Positions 33,068 through 42,355 of a stretch of 64,000 nt of DNA are shown here, piece after piece. How positions within the stretch are numbered: position 1 is the first letter of the stretch; every line of letters begins with the position of its first letter. Location of the stretch: NCBI GenBank assembly GCA_963776245.1, contig CAVZLN010000008.1, forward strand, positions 364,721 through 428,720, given 5' to 3'. A model generated the notes under the pieces. It worked only from the letters and a program-made list of their open reading frames with translations, ran no database searches and was not told where the DNA came from. The DNA is from Candidatus Eiseniibacteriota bacterium. Lineage in GTDB: Bacteria > Eisenbacteria > RBG-16-71-46. The position numbers were made by a program, and so were the translations under genes.

Positions 33068-35464
33068 CTATCGGATCAGCGCCAGCCGCTCCACGAGGGA
33101 CCGCCCGTCCGCCTGCAGACGGACGAAGTAGAGGCCACTGCCCACCGGCGCGCTCGATCCGTCGCAGCCGTCCCACGCGGCGCTCCCCCGGCCCGCCTCG
33201 AGCACGCCGTCGATCAGGGTGCGCACCCGCCGGCCCCGTGCGTCGAACACCGCCAGCGTCACGCGCCCCGCACGCGGCAGCGCGTAGCCGATGCGCGCGG
33301 TGCCTCGCACCGGATTGGGCGCGACCGGCGCCAGCGCCAGTTCGAGCGGCGGCGCGTCCTCCACCGCCAGCGTGCCGCTGGGCAGCAGCAGCGCGAAGCC
33401 GCTCTCGTTGCCATGGAGGTCGATCGCCGAGAGCTTGTAGTAGGCCGAGGGCGCTCCGGCGTCGAGATAGCCGGGATCGGCCTTCTGCGCCACCAGGCTC
33501 GAGGGGCCCGGCACGAAGCCCGGCGTGGATCCGCGATAGAGCCGGTAGCCGGCCAGGTCCGCCTCGGCATTGGCGCCCCAGAACAGGCTCGCGCCGGTGC
33601 CCACCGAATACGTCCCCGAGAACGGGGCCGGGGTCGCAGGCGGCAGGTTGTCCACCGAGTAGCCGGAATCGGCCTTCGATTCCCAGAACGCCCCGGTGGA
33701 CGCCGCGAGTGCGCGCACCTTGACCAGCGTGTAGGGATTGGTGGCGGCCGCCGAGTCCCCGAGGGTGGGCACCACGTAGCTGTACCCGGCCTGCGCCGCG
33801 GCGGCCTGCTGCCCGACGAACTCCCAGTACACGGTCTGCCCGCCGAGCGCCTGCGTCATGATCACCTTGCGGTCGCTGGTCGCGGGGGCCACGGCCTGGT
33901 CCGCGTCCACGCGCTGCGCGCCCGTCGCGAGCGCGCGCAGAGCGTAGGTGGCCGGAACGCTGCGCCAGACGTCGTACTCGGTGACCACGGACGCCGGCAG
34001 CGCGTCCAGGTAACTGGCGTCCCACGACACCTTGAGGTGGCCGCCCTGATCGTTCTTCACGTCCCGCACCGACGCGATCGCCGGGGACGGTTCGCCGAGC
34101 TGCGAGAAGCGGTCCACCCGCTGGGCGAACACGTCGGGCTCCGCCGTGCCGAGCACCTGGTGGAACGACGCGATCGCCCCCTGCGCTCCATCGGTCACCA
34201 GCGAGACTCCCCCGACGCCCATCGCCAGCGCGCGCCCGGAGTAGGGCCAGCCCGGCCACTCGATGCCATTGCCACCGAGATGCTTGATGTACTGACCGCC
34301 GGTCCCGCCCCAGGTCACGAGCGCCCCGCCGGCGCCATCGGAGACCGCGGTGAGCTGGGGTACGTTGACCGCCGTGGCGATCGGGGTTCCGTTGTACGTC
34401 CACCCCGGCGGGATGACCCCGCCGATGGTGACGCGGGTGGCGTACAGATCCGCCGGCAGCAGGGCGCCGCCGCGGCTGTCACGCCAGAACAGGATCGCGC
34501 CGCCACTGCCGTCGGACGTCATGGCGGCCAGCTGCCGGCTATTGAGGTCGCTGATGTAAGGGTAACCCCACGCGAGGTTGCCGTTGGGGAGCACTCGCGT
34601 GGCGTAGATGTATGCATAGTCATCGTAGCCGACGATCACGCCGCCGTAGCCATCCGGCACCACGATGGCGTCCACGTCGTCGGACGGACCGGTGCTGATC
34701 TGCCGTCCGCCCAGGGCGAAGGCCTCGGCGCCCGCCACCGAGTACGCCTGCATGTAGAGGTCGATGCTCGCGCCGCGCTCATCGTTCCACGCCATGAAAG
34801 CCTTCCCACCACTCAACGTGAGCGCGGTGGGCCACTGGAACAGGACATTGCTGGTGCCTTCATGGATGTACGGCCACCAGGTGCCCCCCGCGGTGACATG
34901 ATTGATGAGCGGATCGGTGTCGGTGATCGTGTAGGTCGCGGCCCAGGCCACGTAGGCACCGCCCACGCCGTCCGCGGCGATGAGCGGCAGGTTGTCATCG
35001 ACGGAGGACCCGGGCGACACGCCGTTCACCGGCCATCCGGCGAAAGGAGCCCCGGCCGGATCCAGATGCTGGACGTAGATGTCCGCATCACTGACGCTGT
35101 TGCGGAAGTCCCGCCAGGCGATGAACACGCCGCCGGCGCCATCGGTGCAGATCACCGGCACGGTCTGGTCGCGGGTCGCGACCGCCACCGGGACCCCATT
35201 CGCCGTCCACTGGGCCACGCCGTGCGCGTCGAGGTGCTGGGCGTAGACGTCGTAGTCGCCGCTCCGGTTGTCATACCAGGCGATGAACACGCCGCCCGCT
35301 CCGTCGGAGCACGAGGAGTACGCGTACTGAGTCCCGGCCGAGGTGCACACGGGCTGCGGGCCGGCCGGATCGTGGGACCACGTGGCGCGGGCGGGCGCGG
35401 CACCGAGCAAGGCCAGGATGGTGAGCACCGAACCGACTCGCAGCGACGGGTACCTGCGGTTCAT
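33068..35464 (-). CDS. Secreted repeat protein (DGxGG-W repeats) with FlgD-Ig-like C-terminal tail, paralog 2
   Basis: Same architecture as 30467-32917; GGAGG RBS before MNRRYP. Confidence 0.82.
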   Translation of the reverse strand: MNRRYPSLRVGSVLTILALLGAAPARATWSHDPAGPQPVCTSAGTQYAYSSCSDGAGGVFIAWYDNRSGDYDVYAQHLDAHGVAQWTANGVPVAVATRDQTVPVICTDGAGGVFIAWRDFRNSVSDADIYVQHLDPAGAPFAGWPVNGVSPGSSVDDNLPLIAADGVGGAYVAWAATYTITDTDPLINHVTAGGTWWPYIHEGTSNVLFQWPTALTLSGGKAFMAWNDERGASIDLYMQAYSVAGAEAFALGGRQISTGPSDDVDAIVVPDGYGGVIVGYDDYAYIYATRVLPNGNLAWGYPYISDLNSRQLAAMTSDGSGGAILFWRDSRGGALLPADLYATRVTIGGVIPPGWTYNGTPIATAVNVPQLTAVSDGAGGALVTWGGTGGQYIKHLGGNGIEWPGWPYSGRALAMGVGGVSLVTDGAQGAIASFHQVLGTAEPDVFAQRVDRFSQLGEPSPAIASVRDVKNDQGGHLKVSWDASYLDALPASVVTEYDVWRSVPATYALRALATGAQRVDADQAVAPATSDRKVIMTQALGGQTVYWEFVGQQAAAAQAGYSYVVPTLGDSAAATNPYTLVKVRALAASTGAFWESKADSGYSVDNLPPATPAPFSGTYSVGTGASLFWGANAEADLAGYRLYRGSTPGFVPGPSSLVAQKADPGYLDAGAPSAYYKLSAIDLHGNESGFALLLPSGTLAVEDAPPLELALAPVAPNPVRGTARIGYALPRAGRVTLAVFDARGRRVRTLIDGVLEAGRGSAAWDGCDGSSAPVGSGLYFVRLQADGRSLVERLALIR

Positions 35465-35658
35465 CGAAGCCTCCTGGACATGCGCCGGTGTGCGGGGGCG
35501 CGCCGAACGAGACCGAGGGGACGGGGAGGGATCGCTCCCACGGCGGTCCCGTGATGAGCGATGCGACCGCGCCACGGTACTCGCGCCCGCCCGCGCCGCC
35601 AATGGATAAAGCGTCGCGTCCGGGCCGGGCCGCCGGGGCCTGTCGGGTCGAGGCCCTT

Positions 35659-36210
35659 TCAGTCGCCGAGCGGGGCCCGCTCGCGCACGGTGTAGCGCGA
35701 GCCACCCGGCGACAACACGCTCTCCATCACGCACAGCCGCTCGACCGGAAAGGCCGCGGGGCCCACGCGCGCGGCGCCCAGCCGCATCGCCCAGTCGGCG
35801 CCCGGCGTGCGCACGCGGCCGAGAGTGAGATGGGGAGTGAACGCCCGGTCGGCCGGCTCGAACCCGCGCGCGCGCAGCGCCCGCTCGAGCGCGCGGGCCA
35901 GCCGCACCAGCGGCTCGGCGCCGGCGCTCAGCCCGAGCCAGATCACGCGTGCCCGGGCGGCATCGGGGAACGCGCCGGGGGCACCGAGCGCCGCGTCGAA
36001 GCGCGCCTCCCCCGCCGCCGCCTCGCGCGCCGCCTCGCTGGCACGGCGGGCACCGTCCTCGCCCACCTCACCGAGGAAGCGCAGGGTGAAGTGCAGGTTG
36101 TCGGCCTTCACCCACGACACGCCGTCGCCCGGGTGGGCGAGGGCGTCGCTCACCGCGCGCGCCGCGCGCTGCACCTGCGGCGGCGGGAACACGGCGAGGA
36201 ACAGGCGCAT
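35659..36210 (-). CDS. thpR: RNA 2',3'-cyclic phosphodiesterase
   Basis: MRLFLAV; two HxT motifs (HFTL, HLTL). Confidence 0.92.
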   Translation of the reverse strand: MRLFLAVFPPPQVQRAARAVSDALAHPGDGVSWVKADNLHFTLRFLGEVGEDGARRASEAAREAAAGEARFDAALGAPGAFPDAARARVIWLGLSAGAEPLVRLARALERALRARGFEPADRAFTPHLTLGRVRTPGADWAMRLGAARVGPAAFPVERLCVMESVLSPGGSRYTVRERAPLGD

Positions 36211-36230
36211 GGCGGGCCCGCGCGTCGCGA

Positions 36231-37505
36231 CTACGCGGGCTTCGCCGCGGTCTCGAGCGCCGCGTCGAGCGGCAGGCCCACCAGCGCGCGGCGCACCAGG
36301 TCGAGGGCGGTCTGCGCGGCGCGCTCGCGGATGGTGGCGCGCGTGCCCTGGAACGCGAGCTTCCGCACCCCGCTGCCCCGCGGGGCGGCGACCGCGATGA
36401 ACACGGTGCCGACCGGCTTCTCGTCGCTGCCCCCGTCGGGCCCGGCGATGCCGGTGATGCCCACGCCGACCTCCACGCCCGCCTTCTTGCGGGCGCCCTC
36501 GGCCATCTGCTCGGCGATCGGCGCGCTCACCGCGCCATGCGCCTCGAGGTCCGCGGCGCGCACCCCGAGCTGCTCGAGCTTGGAGATGTTGGTGTAGCTC
36601 ACGGCGCCGCGCTCGAACCAGCGCGAGGAGCCCGGCACGTCGGTGAGCCGCTTGGCGAGCAGCCCGCCGGTGCACGATTCGCCGGTCGCGATGCGGTAGC
36701 CGAGGCTCACCAGCAGCTCGCCCACCACCTGTTCCATGGTGGCGGCGCCCTCGGCGTAGAGCACCGGGGCGGCGATCGCCTTGAGGGCCTCGTACGACTG
36801 CGCGGTCACGCTCCGCACCAGCTCGGGGTCGCTGCCCGCCACGGTCACGCGCAGGTCCACGCCGAAGTAGCTCGGCAGGTAGGCGAGCGTGGCGCCCGGC
36901 CATTCCTGCGGCTGGTGGCCGATGCGCGCGTGGAGCGCGGACTCGGACACCCCGAAGGTCCGCAGCGTGAAGGTCTCGACCGCGCGCGCGCTGCGTGCCT
37001 GGAAGTACGGCACCACGTGCTCGGTGGTGAGGTCCTCGAACTCGTAGGGCACCCCCGGCAGCAGCACCACCGGCTTGTGCTCGTGCACGATACAGAGCCC
37101 GGGCGCGGCGCCGAGGCGATTGGGCCAGACCTCCGCGCCGCGCGGGATGAGCGCCTGCGCCTCGACCGAGCCCGGCAGCTTGCGCCCCGAGCGGCGGACG
37201 CGCTCGCGGATGTGCTCGAGCACGCGCTCGTCGAGCTGGAGCGGCCGGCTCAGGACACTCGCCACCGCCTTGCGCGTCACGTCGTCGGGCGTGGGCCCCA
37301 GGCCGCCCATCAGGATCACCGCGTCGGCCCGCGAGAGCGCGCGGCGCAGCGCGTCGCCGATGCGCTCGGGGGCGTCGCCCACGGTGGAGTGCCACTCCAC
37401 CTGCACGTTCACGGCTTCGAGGGCGCGCGCGAGGAACGCGAAGTTGGTGTCCACGGTGCGCCCCGACAGCACCTCGTTGCCGATGGTGACGATCTCGATG
37501 CGCAT
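36231..37505 (-). CDS. cinA: Competence/damage-inducible protein A (MocF + PncC domains)
   Basis: IGNEVLSG, GGLGPTPDDVT, ESCTGGL, HGAVS, ITGIAGPDGG. Confidence 0.95.
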   Translation of the reverse strand: MRIEIVTIGNEVLSGRTVDTNFAFLARALEAVNVQVEWHSTVGDAPERIGDALRRALSRADAVILMGGLGPTPDDVTRKAVASVLSRPLQLDERVLEHIRERVRRSGRKLPGSVEAQALIPRGAEVWPNRLGAAPGLCIVHEHKPVVLLPGVPYEFEDLTTEHVVPYFQARSARAVETFTLRTFGVSESALHARIGHQPQEWPGATLAYLPSYFGVDLRVTVAGSDPELVRSVTAQSYEALKAIAAPVLYAEGAATMEQVVGELLVSLGYRIATGESCTGGLLAKRLTDVPGSSRWFERGAVSYTNISKLEQLGVRAADLEAHGAVSAPIAEQMAEGARKKAGVEVGVGITGIAGPDGGSDEKPVGTVFIAVAAPRGSGVRKLAFQGTRATIRERAAQTALDLVRRALVGLPLDAALETAAKPA

Positions 37506-37641
37506 GGGGCTCCCGTGGGTGCCGGAGGTGCGTGCGTGGTCCGTGGGGCGCGAATGTGCCATCCGTGCGCTCCGGGCGCAACACCGCGGCGTGATCCAGC
37601 GGTCCCGGAGCGCCGGTCGCGGAGCGCTCCGGACGCGGCCC

Positions 37642-38136
37642 CTACGCGTTCGCCAGGTGCAGCGAGCCGTGCATGCAGAACACCGCGGTGGGCGGACCGG
37701 CCACCCGTTCGTAGTCGGCGGTGCGCATGCGCACCACCTCGTGGTGATTGCCGGCCTGGAAGTAGAAGTCGTCCCGCTCGCGGAAGCAGGCATCGAGGTA
37801 GACCGACAGGCGATAGAGTTGGCCGAACGGCGGCATCGCGCCCGAGTCGCAGTCGGGGAACAGCCGCGCCATCTCCTCCTCGCTCGCCAGGCCGAGGTCC
37901 CGGCGTCCAGTGGCGCGCTTGAAGATCGCGAAATCGAGGTGCGCCGGCGCCGGCAGCACGCACAGGAAGAAGTCCCGCAGGCCCTCGCGGACCACCACCA
38001 CCTTGGCGAGTCGCTTGCCGGACACGTGCGCCACGTGCGCCACGTCCTGGGCGGTGAAGGCCTCGCGGTGCGGGAGCACCTCGTACCACACCAGCTTCTC
38101 GTCGAGCAGTCTCAGCAGCCGATCCTTGCACGCCAT
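37642..38136 (-). CDS. YbaK/EbsC family aminoacyl-tRNA editing protein
   Basis: HREAFTAQ, LAKVVVV, FPDCDSGAMPPFG, AGNH. Confidence 0.88.
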   Translation of the reverse strand: MACKDRLLRLLDEKLVWYEVLPHREAFTAQDVAHVAHVSGKRLAKVVVVREGLRDFFLCVLPAPAHLDFAIFKRATGRRDLGLASEEEMARLFPDCDSGAMPPFGQLYRLSVYLDACFRERDDFYFQAGNHHEVVRMRTADYERVAGPPTAVFCMHGSLHLANA

Positions 38137-38353
38137 GACACGCCTCCCGACGGCCCGTCGGGGCGGCGGCTCGGACCACCGGGACACTCACGAGTGGGCC
38201 GGGCCGATCTCGGCGAGCCGCGCCGCGGCGCGCCGCGCGCGCCGGGCAAGGGTCTCCGCGCGGCACCGGGGGGCGCGTCCGCGCTGCACGTCCATGATGA
38301 GACACCCACGGGCCGCCGAGGGCAAGCGGCGACGCGGGGGCTCCCGCGCGCGA

Positions 38354-38821
38354 TCAGCCCCGCATCCACCCCAGCGCGTGGAGCGCCCAGACCCCGCCGT
38401 GGTACGCGCCGCAGGCGATCAGGCCGGCCATGAAGTCGTCGGCGACGATGCCGTAGCCGCCGGGAAGCGACTGGATCTGGCGCGCGCCGAGCGGCTTCCA
38501 CACGTCGAAGACGCGGAACAGCAGGAACGACGCCACGAACGCCGCCACGGTGTGCGGGACGAACAGGAGCGCGAGCGTCTGGCCCACGGCCTCGTCGGCA
38601 ACGATGGGCTTGGCGTCGTGGCCGAGGGTCTTCTCGGCCTCTCCGCACAGGTACACGGCCAGTACCGTGCCGAGCGCGATGAGCGCCAGCGTCACCGGCA
38701 GCGCGGGCGGCGGGATGAACCAGCCGATGAGCGCCACCAGCGCGCTGCCCGCGGTGGCCGGGGCGATCGGAGCGGACCCCGCGGGCCCGAGGCGCGCGAG
38801 GAACAGGACGAGTGCCTTCAT
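38354..38821 (-). CDS. pgpA: Phosphatidylglycerophosphatase A
   Basis: DAKPIVADEAVG, FRVFDVWKP, GIVADDFMAG. Confidence 0.92.
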   Translation of the reverse strand: MKALVLFLARLGPAGSAPIAPATAGSALVALIGWFIPPPALPVTLALIALGTVLAVYLCGEAEKTLGHDAKPIVADEAVGQTLALLFVPHTVAAFVASFLLFRVFDVWKPLGARQIQSLPGGYGIVADDFMAGLIACGAYHGGVWALHALGWMRG

Positions 38822-39798
38822 CGGCCCGGCCGTTCGAGCGGCGGGGGGATGATGCGCGGCGGCGCCCCGGGCACCTGCACCACCGCCGGGCGCGGCACCG
38901 AGGTGCTCGGCTGCGGCGCGCGGGTGGGCGGCATCATCGGCCACGGCGTCGCCGCTGGCCCCGCCGGGAAGGGCGCGGGCCGCGGCGGCGCGACGGCCGG
39001 ATCCGAGGCGGGCCGCGGCGGCGCGGGCGCCAGCGGGCGCGCGGTGGGCAGGGGCAGCGCGGGCGCCACCGGGCGCGCGGCCACCGTGGCGGCGGTGCGG
39101 ACGGGCGCCACGGTGGCGGCGACGGGCCGCGCGGCGATCGCCACGCCCCCGCCGCTCGTCGGCGGCGCGGCGGACGGCACGCCGGCGCCCGGCCGGGCCG
39201 GCTGGGTCAGCGCACCGAGCCTCCCGAGCACCGCCTTGCAGGCGGCGCGCAGCGTCTCGGTGACCCCGGTGCCCTTCACCGCGACGGCCTCGAACTCCAC
39301 CGCGCCCCCGGGGTTCAGCGCGTCGTGCAGGCGCGCGAGCGGCAGCGCGCCGGGCAGGTCACGCTTGTTGAACTGGAACACCCACGGGATGCGCATCAGC
39401 TGGGCGGGGGTCAGGCCCATGGTCTTGAGGTGCTCGAAGGTGTCGGCCAGCGAGTCGAGGTTGGCGCTCTCGCGCGAGGGATGCGAGTCGGCGACGAACA
39501 CGATGCCGTCGAGGCCCTGGAGCACCGCGCGGCGCGACAGCCGGTAGTACACCTGCCCGGGCACGGTGTAGAGATGGAAGCGGGTCGAGAAGCCGTTCAC
39601 CGGCCCGAGGTCGATCGGCAGGAAGTCGAAGAACAGCGTGCGCTCGTGGTCGGTCGAGATCGAGAGCAGCCGGCCGCGGCGCTCGGGGGGCAGCCGGTCG
39701 TGGAGGGCGCGCAGATTCGTGGTCTTGCCCCCGGCTCCGGGGCCGACGTACACGATCTTGAAGTGGATCTCGCGCGCGCGATGATTGATGAGCGCCAT
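38818..39798 (-). CDS. mglA: MglA-family small GTPase with long Pro/Ala-rich C-terminal extension
   Basis: KIVYVGPGAGGKTTNL, RTLFFDF, YTVPGQV, NKRD. Confidence 0.9.
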   Translation of the reverse strand: MALINHRAREIHFKIVYVGPGAGGKTTNLRALHDRLPPERRGRLLSISTDHERTLFFDFLPIDLGPVNGFSTRFHLYTVPGQVYYRLSRRAVLQGLDGIVFVADSHPSRESANLDSLADTFEHLKTMGLTPAQLMRIPWVFQFNKRDLPGALPLARLHDALNPGGAVEFEAVAVKGTGVTETLRAACKAVLGRLGALTQPARPGAGVPSAAPPTSGGGVAIAARPVAATVAPVRTAATVAARPVAPALPLPTARPLAPAPPRPASDPAVAPPRPAPFPAGPAATPWPMMPPTRAPQPSTSVPRPAVVQVPGAPPRIIPPPLERPGR

Positions 39799-39835
39799 CG
39801 TGTCCCGTGCAGAGAGGCCGGACTGCCGCGGGCCG

Positions 39836-40336
39836 TCAGTCGCCGAACAGCGCGTCGACCTCGAGGCCGGCGGCCAACGCGAACTCGGGCGCTCCGTCCT
39901 CGAGCGCGGCCTCGACCGGCTCGCCGATCCCCACCTTCTGGAACAGGCCGCGGAACACCCCGTCGAGGTCCGCCGAGGCCTTCTGGGCGCGGAAACGCAC
40001 CAGGCCCAGCGTGCTGCGGCGGTCGAACACGGTGCTCATGATGACGCGGTCGGCCAGCAGGCAGGAGTGCACGCTGCGGCCCTTGCCCTCGCTCACCACC
40101 GCGTTCACGGACGAGTCCCCGAGCAGGTTCGCAAGCTCGGCGTTGGCGGTGAAGTCCGCGGCCACCAGGCTCGCGAAGGCGGTCGCGTCGAAGTCACCCG
40201 TGCGTCCGGCGGTGGTGATGAGCTGGCCGGAGCGGTCGACGAGATGGATGGAGAGGGCGTTCGTCCTCTCGAGCATCTCGTTGAGGATGGCGTCGATCGA
40301 TCGAAAGTCGTTTTCGAACAGAGTCCATTGAGGCAT
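39836..40336 (-). CDS. mglB: MglB roadblock/LC7 domain GAP
   Basis: LVDRSGQLI, ASLVAADF, VFDRRSTLGLVR; adjacent to mglA. Confidence 0.88.
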   Translation of the reverse strand: MPQWTLFENDFRSIDAILNEMLERTNALSIHLVDRSGQLITTAGRTGDFDATAFASLVAADFTANAELANLLGDSSVNAVVSEGKGRSVHSCLLADRVIMSTVFDRRSTLGLVRFRAQKASADLDGVFRGLFQKVGIGEPVEAALEDGAPEFALAAGLEVDALFGD

Positions 40337-40511
40337 GGCACCCCCCCGCCTCCGGCGGATGAGTCACCTGATGAAAGACTCCGTGGCACGTCCGTGTTCC
40401 GGGCGCATTGGTAACACGGTGCGCTGGAAACGACAAGCGGATTCGCGCTCGTCGCGGCGGGTGCCAGGCGCTTCCGGGCCGAACGCGCGACGCGGTGCGA
40501 CGCGCGACGGC

Positions 40512-42353
40512 TCAGCGGCGCTGGCCGGCGTTGCGCAGGACGGGCGCCGCGTCGTCGAGCAGCCCGATCGGGACCTCGCCCGCGTCGGCGATCGGTCCGG
40601 TGCCGAGGTGGAGCAGGCCGGCGCGCAGCGCGGCGGTGGCCATCTCCTGCTGATCCGCGGCGGGGATCCACCCGCGCGTGCGGAGGTCCCGGGCGGGCAG
40701 CATCAACAGCACGGGCGGCGGTCCGCCTGCCGCGGCGGATGGCCCGCCGATCGCGCGGCGCGCCAGCCGACCGACCTGGCCCGCCGAAAGGCGGCCGGGG
40801 CCGGGCTCGATCACCGCGAGTCCACCGCCGCGCAGTACGTCGCGGTAGTCCAGGGCGAAGCGCTCGTCGAGCCCCGTGCGCCCGACCGCGGCAGCGGGCA
40901 GCGCGCGGGCGAAGGCGCACTCCGGCCGCCACGCGCGCACCGCCTGCTCGCAGTCCGCGAGCAGGCCGCGGATGGCGGCGCTCTTGGCGGCCGCGTCCCC
41001 GGCCCCGCTCGCCAGCCGCTCGCCGGGGGCCATGAGCGCGTCGTCGTCGAACAGCACGCCGTCCACCGGCAGGTAGACCGCGAGGTCGGTGAGGAAGTCC
41101 ACCGCCGCGCGGCGCGCCTCGGGCAGCTCGGGCGAGAGCCGCGTGCTCCATCGTTCTCCGGTGGCGTGGGCCACCCGCCATTCGGGGTGACGGTCCCAGT
41201 CCCAGGTCAGGTTCATGGTCGGCACGCGCACCCACACGTGGATGCGGGCGGCGGCGAAGCGGGCCGCCACCATCGACCACACGTCCGCCAGCACCGGAAG
41301 CTGATGGTTCATGGCGTAGGCGCGCGTCAGCCGGCCGTCTCCGCGCGGGTCGGGGCAGACCGGCAGAATGACGTCCGTGGCGCCGAGCGCGCGGGCGCGC
41401 GTCACCACGCGGTCGAGCCGCGCGCTGAACACGCCGTCGTCGGGATCCCAGATCGAGTCGAGGTCCACTTCCGCCGCGCGCACCGCGGCGGGCGGCGCGG
41501 TGAGCCACGGGTGCGCGGGATCGGCGAACTCCATGCGCCGGGTGACCATCACGCGCGGCAGCAGGCCCGCGCGCAGGTCCGCGGCGGACACCGGCCGGCC
41601 GCCGAGCGCCAGTGTGGCGGTGAAGCCGGCGTGCGCGGCGAGCCCGCGCGCCATCTCGTTGTGCATCCCGTAGGGCCACACCAGCACCGCGGCCGGATGC
41701 CCAAGGCGCGCGGTGAGCGCGCGCTGGGAGGCGAGCAGGTCCTCTCCCACCCGGCTGCGGTACTCCTCGCGGTCCTCGTAACGCTGCTCGGCCGCCCGCC
41801 AGGCGCGCGTGGCGATCGCCGGCGCGCTGTCCCCCTGAGGGTCGGAGGTGACGAACTCGTGCTGCGCGTGCGCGTGCGAGGCCATCTCCACCTCGCCGGC
41901 GGCATCGAGGCGACGCAGCTCGGCCCACGACAGCAGCGGTGGCAGGCCCGCCGGAGGCCGCTCGGGGAACGACGTCACGATCGCGAGCGTGGCGCGCACG
42001 CCCTCGGCGCGCAGCACCGGCAGCGCGCGCTCGGCGAAGCTCCGGTAGCCGTCGTCGAAGGTGAGCACCATGGTGCGCGCGGGCAGGCGCTCGGGGTGAT
42101 CGCGCAGCGCCAGCAGCTCGGCCAGCGATACGAACGTCCACCCGGCGGCCTTGCAGGCGCGGATCTGCTCGCGCAGGAACTCGGGCGGCACGGTCTGGAG
42201 CGGCGCCGCGGGGTCGCTCGAGAGGTCGTGGTAGCAGAGAATGGCGATCAGCGGGAAGGCCGTCGCGCTGTCGCGCGGCGCCGGCGCGGCCGCCGCGCCG
42301 GCATGCGCCAGCGCCACCAGCGCCAGTGCCGACAGCGCGCCCCGCGCGCGCAC
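40512..42353 (-). CDS. pgaB: PNAG N-deacetylase PgaB-like (CE4 + C-terminal GH153-like domain)
   Basis: LCYHD, TFDDGY, SHAHAQH, WPYG; C-terminal RLSP...DLAVY...GVLFDDDA. Confidence 0.85.
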   Translation of the reverse strand: MRARGALSALALVALAHAGAAAAPAPRDSATAFPLIAILCYHDLSSDPAAPLQTVPPEFLREQIRACKAAGWTFVSLAELLALRDHPERLPARTMVLTFDDGYRSFAERALPVLRAEGVRATLAIVTSFPERPPAGLPPLLSWAELRRLDAAGEVEMASHAHAQHEFVTSDPQGDSAPAIATRAWRAAEQRYEDREEYRSRVGEDLLASQRALTARLGHPAAVLVWPYGMHNEMARGLAAHAGFTATLALGGRPVSAADLRAGLLPRVMVTRRMEFADPAHPWLTAPPAAVRAAEVDLDSIWDPDDGVFSARLDRVVTRARALGATDVILPVCPDPRGDGRLTRAYAMNHQLPVLADVWSMVAARFAAARIHVWVRVPTMNLTWDWDRHPEWRVAHATGERWSTRLSPELPEARRAAVDFLTDLAVYLPVDGVLFDDDALMAPGERLASGAGDAAAKSAAIRGLLADCEQAVRAWRPECAFARALPAAAVGRTGLDERFALDYRDVLRGGGLAVIEPGPGRLSAGQVGRLARRAIGGPSAAAGGPPPVLLMLPARDLRTRGWIPAADQQEMATAALRAGLLHLGTGPIADAGEVPIGLLDDAAPVLRNAGQRR

Positions 42354-42355
42354 GC

